Positions 20,114 through 30,346 are shown, numbered from the whole stretch's first letter. The stretch: 61,594 nucleotides of DNA, filler included, from 3 parts of 3 records of this genome joined end to end with filler, not necessarily neighbours in it, one strand, 5' to 3'. The notes: generated from the letters alone by a model not told the origin. Numbers and translations are program-made.

Positions 20114-20569
20114 GTGGATACATTAAGTTACAAAACAGTTTCTGCTAACGCAGCAACCGCTAATAAAGAGTGGGTTGTTATCGATGCAGAAAATCAAGTG
20201 TTGGGTAGACTTGCTTCCAAAGTAGCTAAGCTACTTAGAGGTAAATACAAGCCTAACTACACTCCTCATGTTGATTGTGGAGACAACGTGGTTATTATTA
20301 ATGCTGAGAAGGTGCGTTTAACTGGAAACAAGTTAACTGATCGTCAGTATTTCTCTTACACTGGTCACCCAGGTGGACAGAAAATTAAAACTCCAGCGGA
20401 TCTTTTAGCTAAGCACCCAGAGAGATTGATTGAAAAGGCAGTAAAAGGTATGCTTCCTAAGAACCGTCTAGGAAGAACTCTTTACTCAAACCTATATGTA
20501 TATGTAGGTGGTGAGCACAAGCACGAAGCTCAGCAGCCTAAAGAATTAGATTTAAACACTATTAAATAA
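20114..20569 (+). CDS. rplM: 50S ribosomal protein L13
   Basis: MDTLSYKT...LGRLASKVAKLLRGKYKP.YTPHVDCGD; GTG start. Confidence 0.98.
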   Translation: MDTLSYKTVSANAATANKEWVVIDAENQVLGRLASKVAKLLRGKYKPNYTPHVDCGDNVVIINAEKVRLTGNKLTDRQYFSYTGHPGGQKIKTPADLLAKHPERLIEKAVKGMLPKNRLGRTLYSNLYVYVGGEHKHEAQQPKELDLNTIK

Positions 20570-20574
20570 CAGGT

Positions 20575-20961
20575 ATGGAAGTAATTAATGCTATCGGACG
20601 TAGAAAAGCAGCAGTTGCTCGTGTATACGTTAGCGAAGGTAAAGGTCAGATTACCATCAACAAAAAAGAGCTTAAAGAGTACTTTACTACCGGAACTCTT
20701 CAGTACATCGTTACTCAGCCGTTAAACCTTCTTGAGGTTGCGGATAAGTATGACATCAAGGTAAACCTTGATGGTGGTGGAATCACTGGTCAAGCAGAAG
20801 CTCTTCGTTTGGCTATCTCTAGAGCTCTAGTTAAAATTGATGCTGAAGATAAAGCAGCTTTAAGAACTGCTGGATTCATGACTCGTGATCCTCGTGAGGT
20901 TGAACGTAAGAAGCCAGGTCAGCCTAAAGCACGTAAAAGATTTCAGTTTAGTAAACGTTAA
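20575..20961 (+). CDS. rpsI: 30S ribosomal protein S9
   Basis: GRRKAAVARV...RDPREVERKKPG..KARKRFQFSKR. Confidence 0.98.
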   Translation: MEVINAIGRRKAAVARVYVSEGKGQITINKKELKEYFTTGTLQYIVTQPLNLLEVADKYDIKVNLDGGGITGQAEALRLAISRALVKIDAEDKAALRTAGFMTRDPREVERKKPGQPKARKRFQFSKR

Positions 20962-20964
20962 TGT

Positions 20965-21034
20965 TTTTGTGGCAGGTTTAGTATCTAAATTGTTAAGACT
21001 TCGTTTTTCGAACTACTTAGCAATTGCCATAAAA
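20965..21034 (+). promoter_or_regulatory. Structured rpsB leader (candidate S2 autoregulatory RNA)
   Basis: Stems TTTTGTGGCA/TGCCATAAAA, AATTGTTAAG/CTTAGCAATT and TTCG/CGAA in the rpsI-rpsB spacer. Confidence 0.55.
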
Positions 21035-21063
21035 TGAATGTAACCGATTAAAAAAACAAAAAA

Positions 21064-21897
21064 ATGTCAAATACTACATTTGAAGAATTGTTAGAAGCCG
21101 GATGTCATTTCGGTCACTTAACAAGAAAATGGAATCCAAAAATGGCTCCTTATATTTTCATGGAGCGTAATGGTATTCACATTATTGACCTACACAAAAC
21201 AGCTGTTAAACTTGACGATGCTTCTGCAGCGTTAAGACAAATTGCTAAATCAGGAAGAAAAATCCTTTTTGTTGCTACTAAAAAGCAAGCTAAAGCTATC
21301 GTTTCTGAAAAAGTAAGTACTGTAAACATGCCATTCGTAACTGAGCGTTGGCCAGGTGGTATGTTAACTAACTTCCCTACTATCAGAAAGGCAGTTAAAA
21401 AGATGACATCAATCGACAAAATGGAGTCTGATGGAACTTTAAACCACCTTTCTAAAAGAGAAAGACTACAGGTATCTCGTCAAAGAGCTAAGTTGGAAAA
21501 AAACTTAGGTAGTATTGCTGATCTGACCAGATTACCAGCTGCTCTATTTGTAGTTGATGTAATGAAAGAATACATCGCAGTAAAAGAAGCTAATCGTTTG
21601 GGTATTCCTGTATTTGCTATGGTAGATACTAACTCAAGCCCAGAAGGTGTTGATTTCGTAATTCCAGCGAATGATGATGCTTCTAATTCAATTTCTATTA
21701 TCCTTGATAAAGTTACTGGTGCTATTAAAGATGGTTTGACTGAAAGAAAAGCAGAAAAAGAAAAAGATTCTGCTGACAAGAAGTCTAAATCAAAAAAAGC
21801 TCCTAAAGAAGTAGCTAAAAAGGTAGAAGCTAAAAAGGTAGAAGCTCCGGCTGCTCCTGAAGCTCCTGCTACTGAAGAAAAGAATGATAAAGAGTAA
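21064..21897 (+). CDS. rpsB: 30S ribosomal protein S2
   Basis: LLEAGCHFGHLTRKWNPKM, RWPGGMLTNF, IPANDDA. Confidence 0.98.
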   Translation: MSNTTFEELLEAGCHFGHLTRKWNPKMAPYIFMERNGIHIIDLHKTAVKLDDASAALRQIAKSGRKILFVATKKQAKAIVSEKVSTVNMPFVTERWPGGMLTNFPTIRKAVKKMTSIDKMESDGTLNHLSKRERLQVSRQRAKLEKNLGSIADLTRLPAALFVVDVMKEYIAVKEANRLGIPVFAMVDTNSSPEGVDFVIPANDDASNSISIILDKVTGAIKDGLTERKAEKEKDSADKKSKSKKAPKEVAKKVEAKKVEAPAAPEAPATEEKNDKE

Positions 21898-21925
21898 TTA
21901 ATCACACAAAAAAATTCTATATATC

Positions 21926-22750
21926 ATGTCTATTAAAGCAGCAGACGTAGCCAAATTGCGTAAAGCAACTGGCGCAGGAATGATGGATTGTAAAAAAGCT
22001 CTTACCGAAGCGGAAGGAGATTTTGATTCAGCAGTAGAGATTATCCGTAAAAAAGGGATGGCAATTGCTAACAAACGTGCCGACAGAGAAGCAACTGAAG
22101 GTGTTGTATTAGCAAAAGTTTCTGAAGACAAGAAAAATGGTGCAATGATTACATTGAACTGTGAAACTGATTTCGTTGCTAAGAACGATGGTTTCGTGGC
22201 ATTCGCAACTAAGATTCTTGACATCGCTTTAGCAAACATGCCAGCTGACCTTGAAGCTTTGAAAGCTTTGGAAATGGATGGTAGAAAAATTGAAGAGCAC
22301 GTAACCGAGCAAACTGGTGTTATCGGTGAAAAAATCGATTTAAGTTTCTTCGACAAAATTGAAGCTGAAGCAGCTGTTGCCTATATCCACGCAGGTAACA
22401 AATTGGCTACTTTAATTGGTTTCAATAAAGAAATCGAAGAGCAAATGGGTAGAGATGTTGCTATGCAAACAGCAGCTATGGCTCCTATTGCTATTAACGA
22501 AGATGCAGTTCCTGCTGACGTTATTGCAAAAGAACTTGAAATTGGTAAAGAAAAAGCTCGCCTTGAAGGAAAACCAGAAGCTATTCTTGACAAAATTGCT
22601 CAAGGTCGTTTAGGTAAATTCTTCAAAGAAACTACTTTATTAAACCAGGATTTCGTTAAGGACGGTAAGAAAACTGTTAAGCAGTATCTTGCCGAAGCTG
22701 ACAAAGATCTAACAGTGGTTGAAATGAAGCGTTTCACTTTGAATGCTTAA
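21926..22750 (+). CDS. tsf: Elongation factor Ts
   Basis: LRKATGAGMMDCKKAL, LNCETDFVAKN. Confidence 0.98.
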   Translation: MSIKAADVAKLRKATGAGMMDCKKALTEAEGDFDSAVEIIRKKGMAIANKRADREATEGVVLAKVSEDKKNGAMITLNCETDFVAKNDGFVAFATKILDIALANMPADLEALKALEMDGRKIEEHVTEQTGVIGEKIDLSFFDKIEAEAAVAYIHAGNKLATLIGFNKEIEEQMGRDVAMQTAAMAPIAINEDAVPADVIAKELEIGKEKARLEGKPEAILDKIAQGRLGKFFKETTLLNQDFVKDGKKTVKQYLAEADKDLTVVEMKRFTLNA

Positions 22751-22769
22751 TACAATTATTATTACATAT

Positions 22770-22802
22770 AAAAAGAGTTCCCAAAAGGAACTCTTTTTTT
22801 TA
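22770..22802 (+). terminator. Rho-independent terminator
   Basis: aaaagagttcc-caaaa-ggaactctttt plus T-run. Confidence 0.88.
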
Positions 22803-22873
22803 TGTCTTTTTCAATAATATTTCTCAACTTTAAATGTTTGAAGTTAACAGCTTGAAACAATAATAAAATAAAA

Positions 22874-22911
22874 ACCTAAGCTTAAAGCTTGTAGCTTGAA
22901 GCTTGCAGCTG
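22874..22911 (+). repeat. Tandem 7-bp array (CTTnnAG)
   Basis: ACCTAAG CTTAAAG CTTGTAG CTTGAAG CTTGCAG CTG. Confidence 0.8.
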
Positions 22912-22919
22912 ATAAAAAT

Positions 22920-23630
22920 ATGGCTAAATACAAACGTGTACTTTTAAAGCTAAGCGGCGAATCTCTAATGGGAGAACAACAATATGGTATCGATTCGGAA
23001 CGCTTAAACGACTATGCTGAACAGATTAAAGAAATTACAGATCTTGGTGTACAAGTTGGAATTGTAATTGGTGGAGGTAATATTTTCCGCGGATTAAGCG
23101 GTGCTGCCAAAGGTTTCGATCGTGTAAAGGGAGACCAAATGGGAATGATGGCAACCGTAATCAACAGTTTAGCTTTAAACTCTGCTTTAGATGCAATGGG
23201 ATGCAAATCGAGAGTATTAACTGCTATCAGAATGGAACCAATTGGCGAATTTTATTCAAAGCAAAAAGCCGTTGATTTCCTGGAGCAGGGATACGTTACA
23301 ATTTTCTCAGCTGGTACTGGAAATCCATATTTTACTACAGATACAGGTTCATCGCTACGAGGAATAGAAATTGAAGCAGATGCCATGCTAAAAGGTACTC
23401 GTGTAGATGGAATTTATACTGCCGATCCTGAAAAAGATCCTAGTGCAACCAAGTTTGAAGAAATAACATTCGACGAAATCTACAATCGTAATCTTCGAAT
23501 TATGGACCTTACCGCAACTACAATGTGTAAAGAAAACGATCTTAACATTGTTGTTTTTGACATGGATACAAAAGGAAATTTGAAGAAAGTTATTGAAGGT
23601 GAAAATATTGGAACTGTAGTGCATAATTAA
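22920..23630 (+). CDS. pyrH: UMP kinase
   Basis: YKRVLLKLSGESLMG, GGGNIFRG, GTGNPYFTTD; ATG at 22920. Confidence 0.97.
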   Translation: MAKYKRVLLKLSGESLMGEQQYGIDSERLNDYAEQIKEITDLGVQVGIVIGGGNIFRGLSGAAKGFDRVKGDQMGMMATVINSLALNSALDAMGCKSRVLTAIRMEPIGEFYSKQKAVDFLEQGYVTIFSAGTGNPYFTTDTGSSLRGIEIEADAMLKGTRVDGIYTADPEKDPSATKFEEITFDEIYNRNLRIMDLTATTMCKENDLNIVVFDMDTKGNLKKVIEGENIGTVVHN

Positions 23631-23823
23631 GCAATTAGTAATTAGAAAAAAGTATTATCTTTAGTTAGATTGAATTTCCTTTTAGGATATATGTATTATT
23701 AAAGCTGTAATATGTTGAAATTTAAAAATCAACCAATTACTAAAAATCTACAGCTAATAGCTTTTTTTTATATTTTTGTAAGCACACACATTGATCAATA
23801 ATTACAATTAAAATCTTTCTCCT

Positions 23824-24387
23824 ATGAATGAAGAAGTTCAAATGTATCTAGAAGATGCAAAGGAAAAGATGGAGTCTGCAATGGACCATCTTGAAAAAGA
23901 ATTACTTAAAATACGTGCCGGCAAGGCAAATCCAAGTATGTTAAACGGTGTTATGGTAGATTACTATGGTAGTATGACACCACTAGCTCAGGTTGCGAAC
24001 GTTAGTGTTCCAGATCCTAGAACTATTGCTGTTCAACCTTGGGAAAGGGCAATGATTAACCCTATCGAAAAAGCAATTATGAACTCTAATCTAGGGTTTA
24101 ATCCAGATAACAATGGAGAAATTATTCGTATAAATATCCCTGCTTTAACAGAAGAGCGTCGTGGAGATTTGGTAAAACAATCGAAAGCAGAATGCGAAAA
24201 TGCTAAAGTTAGTATTCGTAATGCTCGTCGTGATACCAATGTTGAGTTGAAAAAATTAATCAAAGAAGGTCTTTCTGAGGATTTAGAGAAAGATGCTGAA
24301 GCAGAAGTTCAAAATATGACCGATAGGTTCGGTAAAAAAATTGATGATCTTCTAGCTGCTAAGGAGAAAGATATTATGACCATATAA
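23824..24387 (+). CDS. frr: Ribosome recycling factor
   Basis: IRAGKANP, VDYYG, IRNARRD. Confidence 0.97.
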   Translation: MNEEVQMYLEDAKEKMESAMDHLEKELLKIRAGKANPSMLNGVMVDYYGSMTPLAQVANVSVPDPRTIAVQPWERAMINPIEKAIMNSNLGFNPDNNGEIIRINIPALTEERRGDLVKQSKAECENAKVSIRNARRDTNVELKKLIKEGLSEDLEKDAEAEVQNMTDRFGKKIDDLLAAKEKDIMTI

Positions 24388-24390
24388 TAC

Positions 24391-24423
24391 AAAAAAAAAG
24401 CTGCCAAATGGCAGCTTTTTTTT
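24391..24423. terminator. Bidirectional terminator
   Basis: aaaaaagctgcc-aaat-ggcagctttttt. Confidence 0.88.
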
Positions 24424-25210
24424 ATGATATTAGATCATTCACTTTCTTCATAAATATCTTTAACCTTTCCGTAGATATTTCGTTTCGCCAATAACCTTCC
24501 TCCTTAAAATGCGAGCCTACGATAAAACCGGAAGCGTAATCCCAATACTCCTCTAAATTATCGGCAGTAATTCCCGAACCTATTAATACAGGAGTATGAA
24601 CTTTGTCCTTTAAGCTTTTTAGCTCGTGCAGGTAAACAGCCTTACCAGTCGACGATCCCGTAACAATTAATCCATTGCTTAGGAAGAATTCCGCTGCTTT
24701 TGCTGTTTCATCAATATCCACATCAGCAGTAATAGCATGTGAGCTGTGCTTCTTTTTAATGTCGGTAAAAACTTTCACATCTTCTGCTCCTATAGACTTA
24801 CGATAACGAAGCAATTCGCCTGCGCAAGATTCTATATAACCCTCATCAGCCAAATGACCAAATACAAAACCTTCGGCTCTTATAAATTGAAAATTGGCTG
24901 CTTTTGCCACTGCCAAAGCCTCTTTGTTTGCTCCGGCAAGAATCTGAATTCCCAAAGGTAAATCAACTGCCTCACGAACAGCATTTGCTACTACTGCCAT
25001 GCTGGCTGTTATTTCCGGACCTACCGATCCTTTTAAATAAGGAACATCGTGCATATTCTCAAGCATAATGGCATCTACACCAGCTTTGGCATACATCTCT
25101 GCTTCTTTAACGGCTATTTCACAAATTTTCTCTACACTATATTTGTTTCCTGGTGTTCCTGGCAATGCCTGCACGTGCACCATGGCGATTATGGATTTAT
25201 TTAATTGCAT
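24422..25210 (-). CDS. BtpA/SgcQ-family TIM-barrel protein
   Basis: IAMVHVQALPGTP, ENMHDVPY, DIKKKHS, IVTGSSTG, IGSGIT. Confidence 0.9.
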   Translation of the reverse strand: MQLNKSIIAMVHVQALPGTPGNKYSVEKICEIAVKEAEMYAKAGVDAIMLENMHDVPYLKGSVGPEITASMAVVANAVREAVDLPLGIQILAGANKEALAVAKAANFQFIRAEGFVFGHLADEGYIESCAGELLRYRKSIGAEDVKVFTDIKKKHSSHAITADVDIDETAKAAEFFLSNGLIVTGSSTGKAVYLHELKSLKDKVHTPVLIGSGITADNLEEYWDYASGFIVGSHFKEEGYWRNEISTERLKIFMKKVNDLIS

Positions 25211-25222
25211 AATTTAATAAAG

Positions 25223-25250
25223 GTTCAAGTTACAAGACTCAAGCTTCAAG
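25223..25250. repeat. Tandem 7-bp array (nnnCAAG x4), downstream flank of the four-helix gene
   Basis: GTTCAAG TTACAAG ACTCAAG CTTCAAG. Confidence 0.8.
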
Positions 25251-25288
25251 AAAGTACTAGAAACTATAATCTTGAAGATTTTTAATAT

Positions 25289-25636
25289 TTAATTCACTGA
25301 TCTCATTAACCCCTGTAACATTTTCTGTATTTCACATGTTTTGTCAATTATCACAATAAGTTCTTTATCAACTAATTTTAATTCTTGTATTAATAAAAGT
25401 TGTGTTTCCAATTCAAATGCAGAACCCAATGCAATCTCTAAGAAACGCTTAAATTCTTTATCCGAATGTCTACTGCATCCCTCCGCAATATTACTAGGAA
25501 TAGAAATTACTGCTCTACTAGTTTGGCTTTGTAGTCCATATTTTTCCTCAACAGGTAACTGTTTTACGAGGATATAAACATCCTTTACCAGCACCATACT
25601 TTTTTGCCAAACTGTTAACTTCTTGAAATTTTTCAT
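25289..25636 (-). CDS. Four helix bundle protein (23S rRNA-IVP / TIGR02436-like family)
   Basis: FKKLTVWQKS, LPVEEKYGLQSQ..RAVISIPSNIAEG, FLEIALGSAFELETQL. Confidence 0.93.
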   Translation of the reverse strand: MKNFKKLTVWQKSMVLVKDVYILVKQLPVEEKYGLQSQTSRAVISIPSNIAEGCSRHSDKEFKRFLEIALGSAFELETQLLLIQELKLVDKELIVIIDKTCEIQKMLQGLMRSVN

Positions 25637-25657
25637 GCTACTTTAAATTAAAATACT

Positions 25658-25692
25658 CTTGTAACTTGAGGCTTATAGCTTGCAGCTTGAGG
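25658..25692. repeat. Tandem 7-bp array (CTTnnnn x5), upstream flank, inverted relative to 25223-25250
   Basis: CTTGTAA CTTGAGG CTTATAG CTTGCAG CTTGAGG. Confidence 0.8.
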
Positions 25693-25694
25693 CT

Positions 25695-26705
25695 CTAATT
25701 GCTATCAAGCAATCTAAACAACTCATCCAATTTAGGAGTAAGAATAATTTCTGTTCTTCGGTTCTTGCTTCTACCAACTGAGGTTGCGTTAGTTTCAACA
25801 GGAATAAACTCACCACGACCGGCAACGGTTAATCGACTAGCAGCTACTGATTTATTACGCACAATAATTCGAACAATAGAAGTTGCTCGTTTTACACTTA
25901 AATCCCAATTGTCTTTCAAAGCTCCGCTACCATTGTAAGGAACATTATCGGTGTGTCCTTCAATCATTACATTGATATCTTTATTTTGAGCCAATACTTT
26001 AGATAATTGTCCCAATGCCTGCACTCCTCTTTGATCTACCTGATAGCTTCCCGATCTAAAAAGCAGCTTCTCATCCATAGAAACATATACTTTTCCATTC
26101 TTGGTGGTGATAGATAAGCCATTTCCCTCGAATCCAGTTAAGGCACTCATTACTTTTTGCTTTAATGCTTTTACCGCAGCATCTTTTCGATTCAAAGCCT
26201 CTTCTAATTCACGCATTCGTTGATCGCGTTTGCCTAACTCCGCCTGAAGAGCATCCAATTTCCTTTTACGGGCATCCATCTCCTTCTCTAAAGCCAAAAC
26301 CTCATCCTCTCTTAATTGCAAATTGTTTTGTGCTTTTCGGATTTGCTCGAGCAAGGCTTTTGTCTCCTTAGCATTTCCAGCTTGCATACCTGATAGTTGA
26401 TTCAACAGGTCCTGATTACTCTTTTCCAATCTATTTAGTCTCTCTCGAGCGGATTGTAATCTTCTGGATAACGTCACAGTATCAGCAAGCATATTATTGT
26501 ACTTGTCCTCCAACACTACATACTTACCTGATAACTCATTATTGCTCTCTGTTAATTCCAGATTTTTATCCTTCATCATTTCTAACTCTTCCATGCAGGT
26601 TGCCTGCTTGTTCTGAAGTTCCTGAAATTGTCTGGTAGGTACACAAGAAAACATCGAAATCACCAATAAAATGGCAATAAAAAATGGGCTTACTTTTTTG
26701 AACAT
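25695..26705 (-). CDS. OmpA/MotB-family lipoprotein with long coiled coil
   Basis: Lipobox FSC; heptad coiled coil; IEGHTDNVP...NWDLSVKRA...NRRTEII. Confidence 0.9.
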   Translation of the reverse strand: MFKKVSPFFIAILLVISMFSCVPTRQFQELQNKQATCMEELEMMKDKNLELTESNNELSGKYVVLEDKYNNMLADTVTLSRRLQSARERLNRLEKSNQDLLNQLSGMQAGNAKETKALLEQIRKAQNNLQLREDEVLALEKEMDARKRKLDALQAELGKRDQRMRELEEALNRKDAAVKALKQKVMSALTGFEGNGLSITTKNGKVYVSMDEKLLFRSGSYQVDQRGVQALGQLSKVLAQNKDINVMIEGHTDNVPYNGSGALKDNWDLSVKRATSIVRIIVRNKSVAASRLTVAGRGEFIPVETNATSVGRSKNRRTEIILTPKLDELFRLLDSN

Positions 26706-26917
26706 GTTTAAATAATACTTTTGTTAGTAATGGAACTCTCACTTATATAAACAAATATAAGCATACAGCGTTTTATAGACACAAGCAATTCAAAGATTAC
26801 TTGTTAATTATTTATTATATTCGTGCAATATTTCAAGGGAATAGATATTTTATATGTCTGACTCACAGTCTTACATCTGTTTTATTTCTTTTAACGATAA
26901 AAAGGGGAAATTCGTAC

Positions 26918-28831
26918 ATGGCGAAAGCTGATAAAAAAATATTGGATCAAATTAATTATCCTTCAGACCTTAAAAAGGTTTCTGAGGATGATCTGATTCA
27001 GGTATGTTCTGAACTGCGTCAAGAGATTATTGAGCAAGTATCAAATAATCCGGGACACTTTGGAGCCAGCTTGGGTGTGGTTGAACTAACTGTAGCCCTT
27101 CACTATGTACTCAACACGCCTTACGACAATTTGGTTTGGGATGTTGGACATCAGGCTTACGGTCATAAAATACTGACCGGACGAAAAGATGCTTTCCACA
27201 CCAATCGCAAATACAAAGGAATTAGTGGTTTTCCGAATCGCAACGAAAGTGAATACGATTCCTTCACCGTAGGTCACTCCTCTACTTCTATTTCTGCTGC
27301 TTTGGGAATGGCGGTTGCTGCTCAACTAAGTGGAGAAGAAGATCGCAAAACAGTTGCCGTTATTGGCGATGGTTCCATGACTGCCGGTTTGGCTTTCGAA
27401 GGGCTAAACAATGCTGCGGGCAACAATGCCGATTTGTTGGTAATTTTGAATGACAACAATATGGCAATTGATCCAAACACGGGTGGTTTAAACGATTACC
27501 TTTTGGATATCACAACTTCACAAACCTATAATAAGGTAAAAAATGATGTGTGGCGATTTCTTGGGAAGTTCAATCGCATCAATCCAAATACACAAAAAGC
27601 ATTTCAGAAGGTTGAGAATGGTATCAAAACCATTTTATTGAAACAAAGTAACCTTTTTGAAGCTTTAAATTTCAGATATTTTGGTCCTGTTGATGGACAC
27701 GATGTAAACCACATGGTTAAAGTATTGAGTGATTTGCAAAATATTCCTGGTCCAAAGATCTTACATTGCATTACCAAGAAAGGTAAAGGCTTTAAACAAG
27801 CTGAAATTGACCAAACCTATTGGCATGCTCCTGGTAAATTCGATATAAAAACGGGTGAAATCCTGACTCAAACTCCAACGGAACCACAAGCTCCTAAATT
27901 TCAGGAAGTGTTTGGTAATACTTTGGTGGAATTGGCTGAAATGAACGATAAAATAGTTGGAATAACTCCGGCTATGCCAACAGGAAGCTCATTGAATATC
28001 ATGATGGAGAAAATGCCGGATCGCGCTTTTGATGTGGGTATTGCAGAACAGCATGCTGTAACTTTCGCGGGTGGATTGGCTGCTCAGGGAAAATTGCCTT
28101 TCTGTGCCATCTATTCATCATTCATGCAACGAGCCTACGATCAGGTAATTCATGATGTAGCTTTGCAGAATGTAAATGCAGTTTTCTGTTTAGATAGAGG
28201 AGGATTGGTTGGTGCCGATGGTGCTACTCACCACGGAGTATACGACCTTGCTTTTATGCGTTGTGTTCCTAATTTGACCATTGCTTCTCCTTTAGATGCA
28301 ATTGAACTTCGCAACCTGATGTTTACAGCTCAGCAGGAAAATATGGGTGCATTCTCCATTCGTTATCCTAGAGGAAAAGGAAGAATTGTAGACTGGAGAA
28401 AGGATTTTGAAATTCTGCCTGTTGGGAAAGGTCAAAAATTGAAAGATGGTAAAGATCTAGCTATTCTTTCGATTGGAGCCATTGGAATGGAAGCTACGGA
28501 TGCCATTGAAGAATTGGAAAAAGAAGGTCTTTCTATTGCTCATTACGATATGCGTTTTCTAAAGCCAATCGATGAAGAACTTCTTCATGAAGTATTCAGT
28601 AATTACAGCAATATCATCACTCTTGAGGATGGTTGTATTGTTGGAGGTTTAGGATCTGCAATATTGGAATTTATGAGTGATAATGACTACAACAGCCGTG
28701 TAAAACGCCTGGGAGTTCCTGATCGTTGGGTTGAACAAGGAAGTCAGCAAGAGCTCTATAAAGAGTGTGGTTACGATAAAGAAGGAATTGTTAAAGCTGT
28801 TACTAAAATATTAGCGACAAAAACCAGTTAA
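26918..28831 (+). CDS. dxs: 1-deoxy-D-xylulose-5-phosphate synthase
   Basis: [55 protein letters not shown] at 26918. Confidence 0.97.
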   Translation: MAKADKKILDQINYPSDLKKVSEDDLIQVCSELRQEIIEQVSNNPGHFGASLGVVELTVALHYVLNTPYDNLVWDVGHQAYGHKILTGRKDAFHTNRKYKGISGFPNRNESEYDSFTVGHSSTSISAALGMAVAAQLSGEEDRKTVAVIGDGSMTAGLAFEGLNNAAGNNADLLVILNDNNMAIDPNTGGLNDYLLDITTSQTYNKVKNDVWRFLGKFNRINPNTQKAFQKVENGIKTILLKQSNLFEALNFRYFGPVDGHDVNHMVKVLSDLQNIPGPKILHCITKKGKGFKQAEIDQTYWHAPGKFDIKTGEILTQTPTEPQAPKFQEVFGNTLVELAEMNDKIVGITPAMPTGSSLNIMMEKMPDRAFDVGIAEQHAVTFAGGLAAQGKLPFCAIYSSFMQRAYDQVIHDVALQNVNAVFCLDRGGLVGADGATHHGVYDLAFMRCVPNLTIASPLDAIELRNLMFTAQQENMGAFSIRYPRGKGRIVDWRKDFEILPVGKGQKLKDGKDLAILSIGAIGMEATDAIEELEKEGLSIAHYDMRFLKPIDEELLHEVFSNYSNIITLEDGCIVGGLGSAILEFMSDNDYNSRVKRLGVPDRWVEQGSQQELYKECGYDKEGIVKAVTKILATKTS

Positions 28832-29094
28832 GGGCTGCTCCTGTATCCATCAGAATAAGGGTCTAAACCTTCAAAATCGCCTGTAAATGAATCTATTTGG
28901 GATTGCATTTCTTTATCCATTTTAATAAGGTAATCTGTGTCCTCTGTTTTCAACTCAATTACCTTAATAATTTTACCTGAGGGTGTTCTAATGCTTATTA
29001 GGTCGTCTTCGTAAATCCCATCGGGAAATGACTTTATTAAAAGCTGGAACAAATCCAATCCTATGCTTTTGTAGTCCTTTATTACTCTTTTCAT
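28828..29094 (-). CDS. Conserved Bacteroidota hypothetical protein
   Basis: MKRVIKDY...FPDG...[12 protein letters not shown] resembles a small family I recognise from Bacteroidota genomes; function unknown. Confidence 0.7.
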   Translation of the reverse strand: MKRVIKDYKSIGLDLFQLLIKSFPDGIYEDDLISIRTPSGKIIKVIELKTEDTDYLIKMDKEMQSQIDSFTGDFEGLDPYSDGYRSSP

Positions 29095-29375
29095 CTCTCT
29101 CAGATTAATAATATACTATCAATCAACAAATCACAATCCCAAAATAAAGGGCAAGAGTTTTTATCAAGAAGTTCTATTTACTGAATTCAATTTAAGGAAA
29201 TTAGAAGAGCTAAAAAAAATAATTTTTCTTCCGAGATAAAAAAACAATCCAAAATAGAATCTGTTAATTCATCATTCGTTAGCATCCAAACATGTTTCAC
29301 AGCATATAAATCGTTTTCGCTCAAATAATCAGAAATACTTTAACGCAGTATTGGCTCTAGTAAAAACAAAAAGGC

Positions 29376-29383
29376 TACTTTTG
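29376..29383 (+). promoter_or_regulatory. Bacteroidota -7 promoter element
   Basis: TACTTTTG(CGCC) upstream of SulP. Confidence 0.65.
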
Positions 29384-29410
29384 CGCCCTTAATCAATTTT
29401 TTAAGTTGAA

Positions 29411-30346
29411 ATGGTAGATTTTTTCAGGAAGAAAGCAAAAAATTCAAAAGATGATATTTTATCCGGTTTAACCGTAGCACTTGCCTTGGTTCCGGAAGCA
29501 GTGGCGTTTGCCTTTGTGGCTGGTGTTGACCCTTTAGTAGGTCTTTATGCTGCATTTATGATTGGACTGATTACTTCAGTATTTGGTGGTCGTCCAGGAA
29601 TGATTTCCGGAGCAACCGGAGCAATGGCTGTAGTATTAGTAAGCCTTGTAAAAGAAGGAAACGAAATGGGAATGGCAATGGCTAGTCCTATCGAAAATAT
29701 GGGATTAAATTACCTGTTTGCGACAATTGTTCTAACTGGAGTTATTCAATTCTTAGCAGGTGTATTCCGCTTTGGTAAATTTGTTCGTTTAATTCCTCAT
29801 CCTGTAATGATGGGTTTTGTAAATGGTTTGGCTATTGTGATTTTCTTATCGCAATTGGGAATGTTTACAGAAAAAATAGCTGGCGAAACAGCATGGTTAC
29901 AAGGTGCCGAGATGTATACCATGATTGGATTGGTAATCTTAACCATGGCAATTATGTATTTCCTACCTAAACTTACAAGTAAGATTCCTGCAGCATTAAC
30001 AGGTATTCTTGTTGTATCGGCAATTGTAATATTTGGTGGATTAGATGTAAGTACTGTTGGATCTTTCATTAAAGATGGTGGTGGTACTGGTTTAGAAGGC
30101 GGATTGCCAACCTTCCAGACTCAGCTGTTTACTTTGGTTCCTTTTAATATGGAAACCATCATATTTGTTCTTCCGTACGCTGCAATATTAGCTGCAATTG
30201 GTTTAATTGAGTCCTTAATGACCTTGAACCTTTTGGATGAAATTACCAACAGTCGTGGTAATGGTAATCGAGAGTGTATGGCACAGGGTGCTGCGAATAT
30301 CGTTACCGGATTTTTCGGTGGAATGGGTGGTTGTGCAATGATTGGA
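29411..30346 (+). CDS. SulP-family anion transporter, 3' truncated at the contig end
   Basis: [57 protein letters not shown]. Confidence 0.93.

Noticed and set aside
21813-21846. 15-bp tandem repeat (agctaaaaaggtaga) in rpsB
   Set aside because: Encodes the ordinary low-complexity Lys/Ala/Glu tail of S2
21480-22603. Long antisense ORFs over rpsB and tsf (likewise over lepA, eno and plsX)
   Set aside because: Shadow frames caused by codon bias of highly expressed genes
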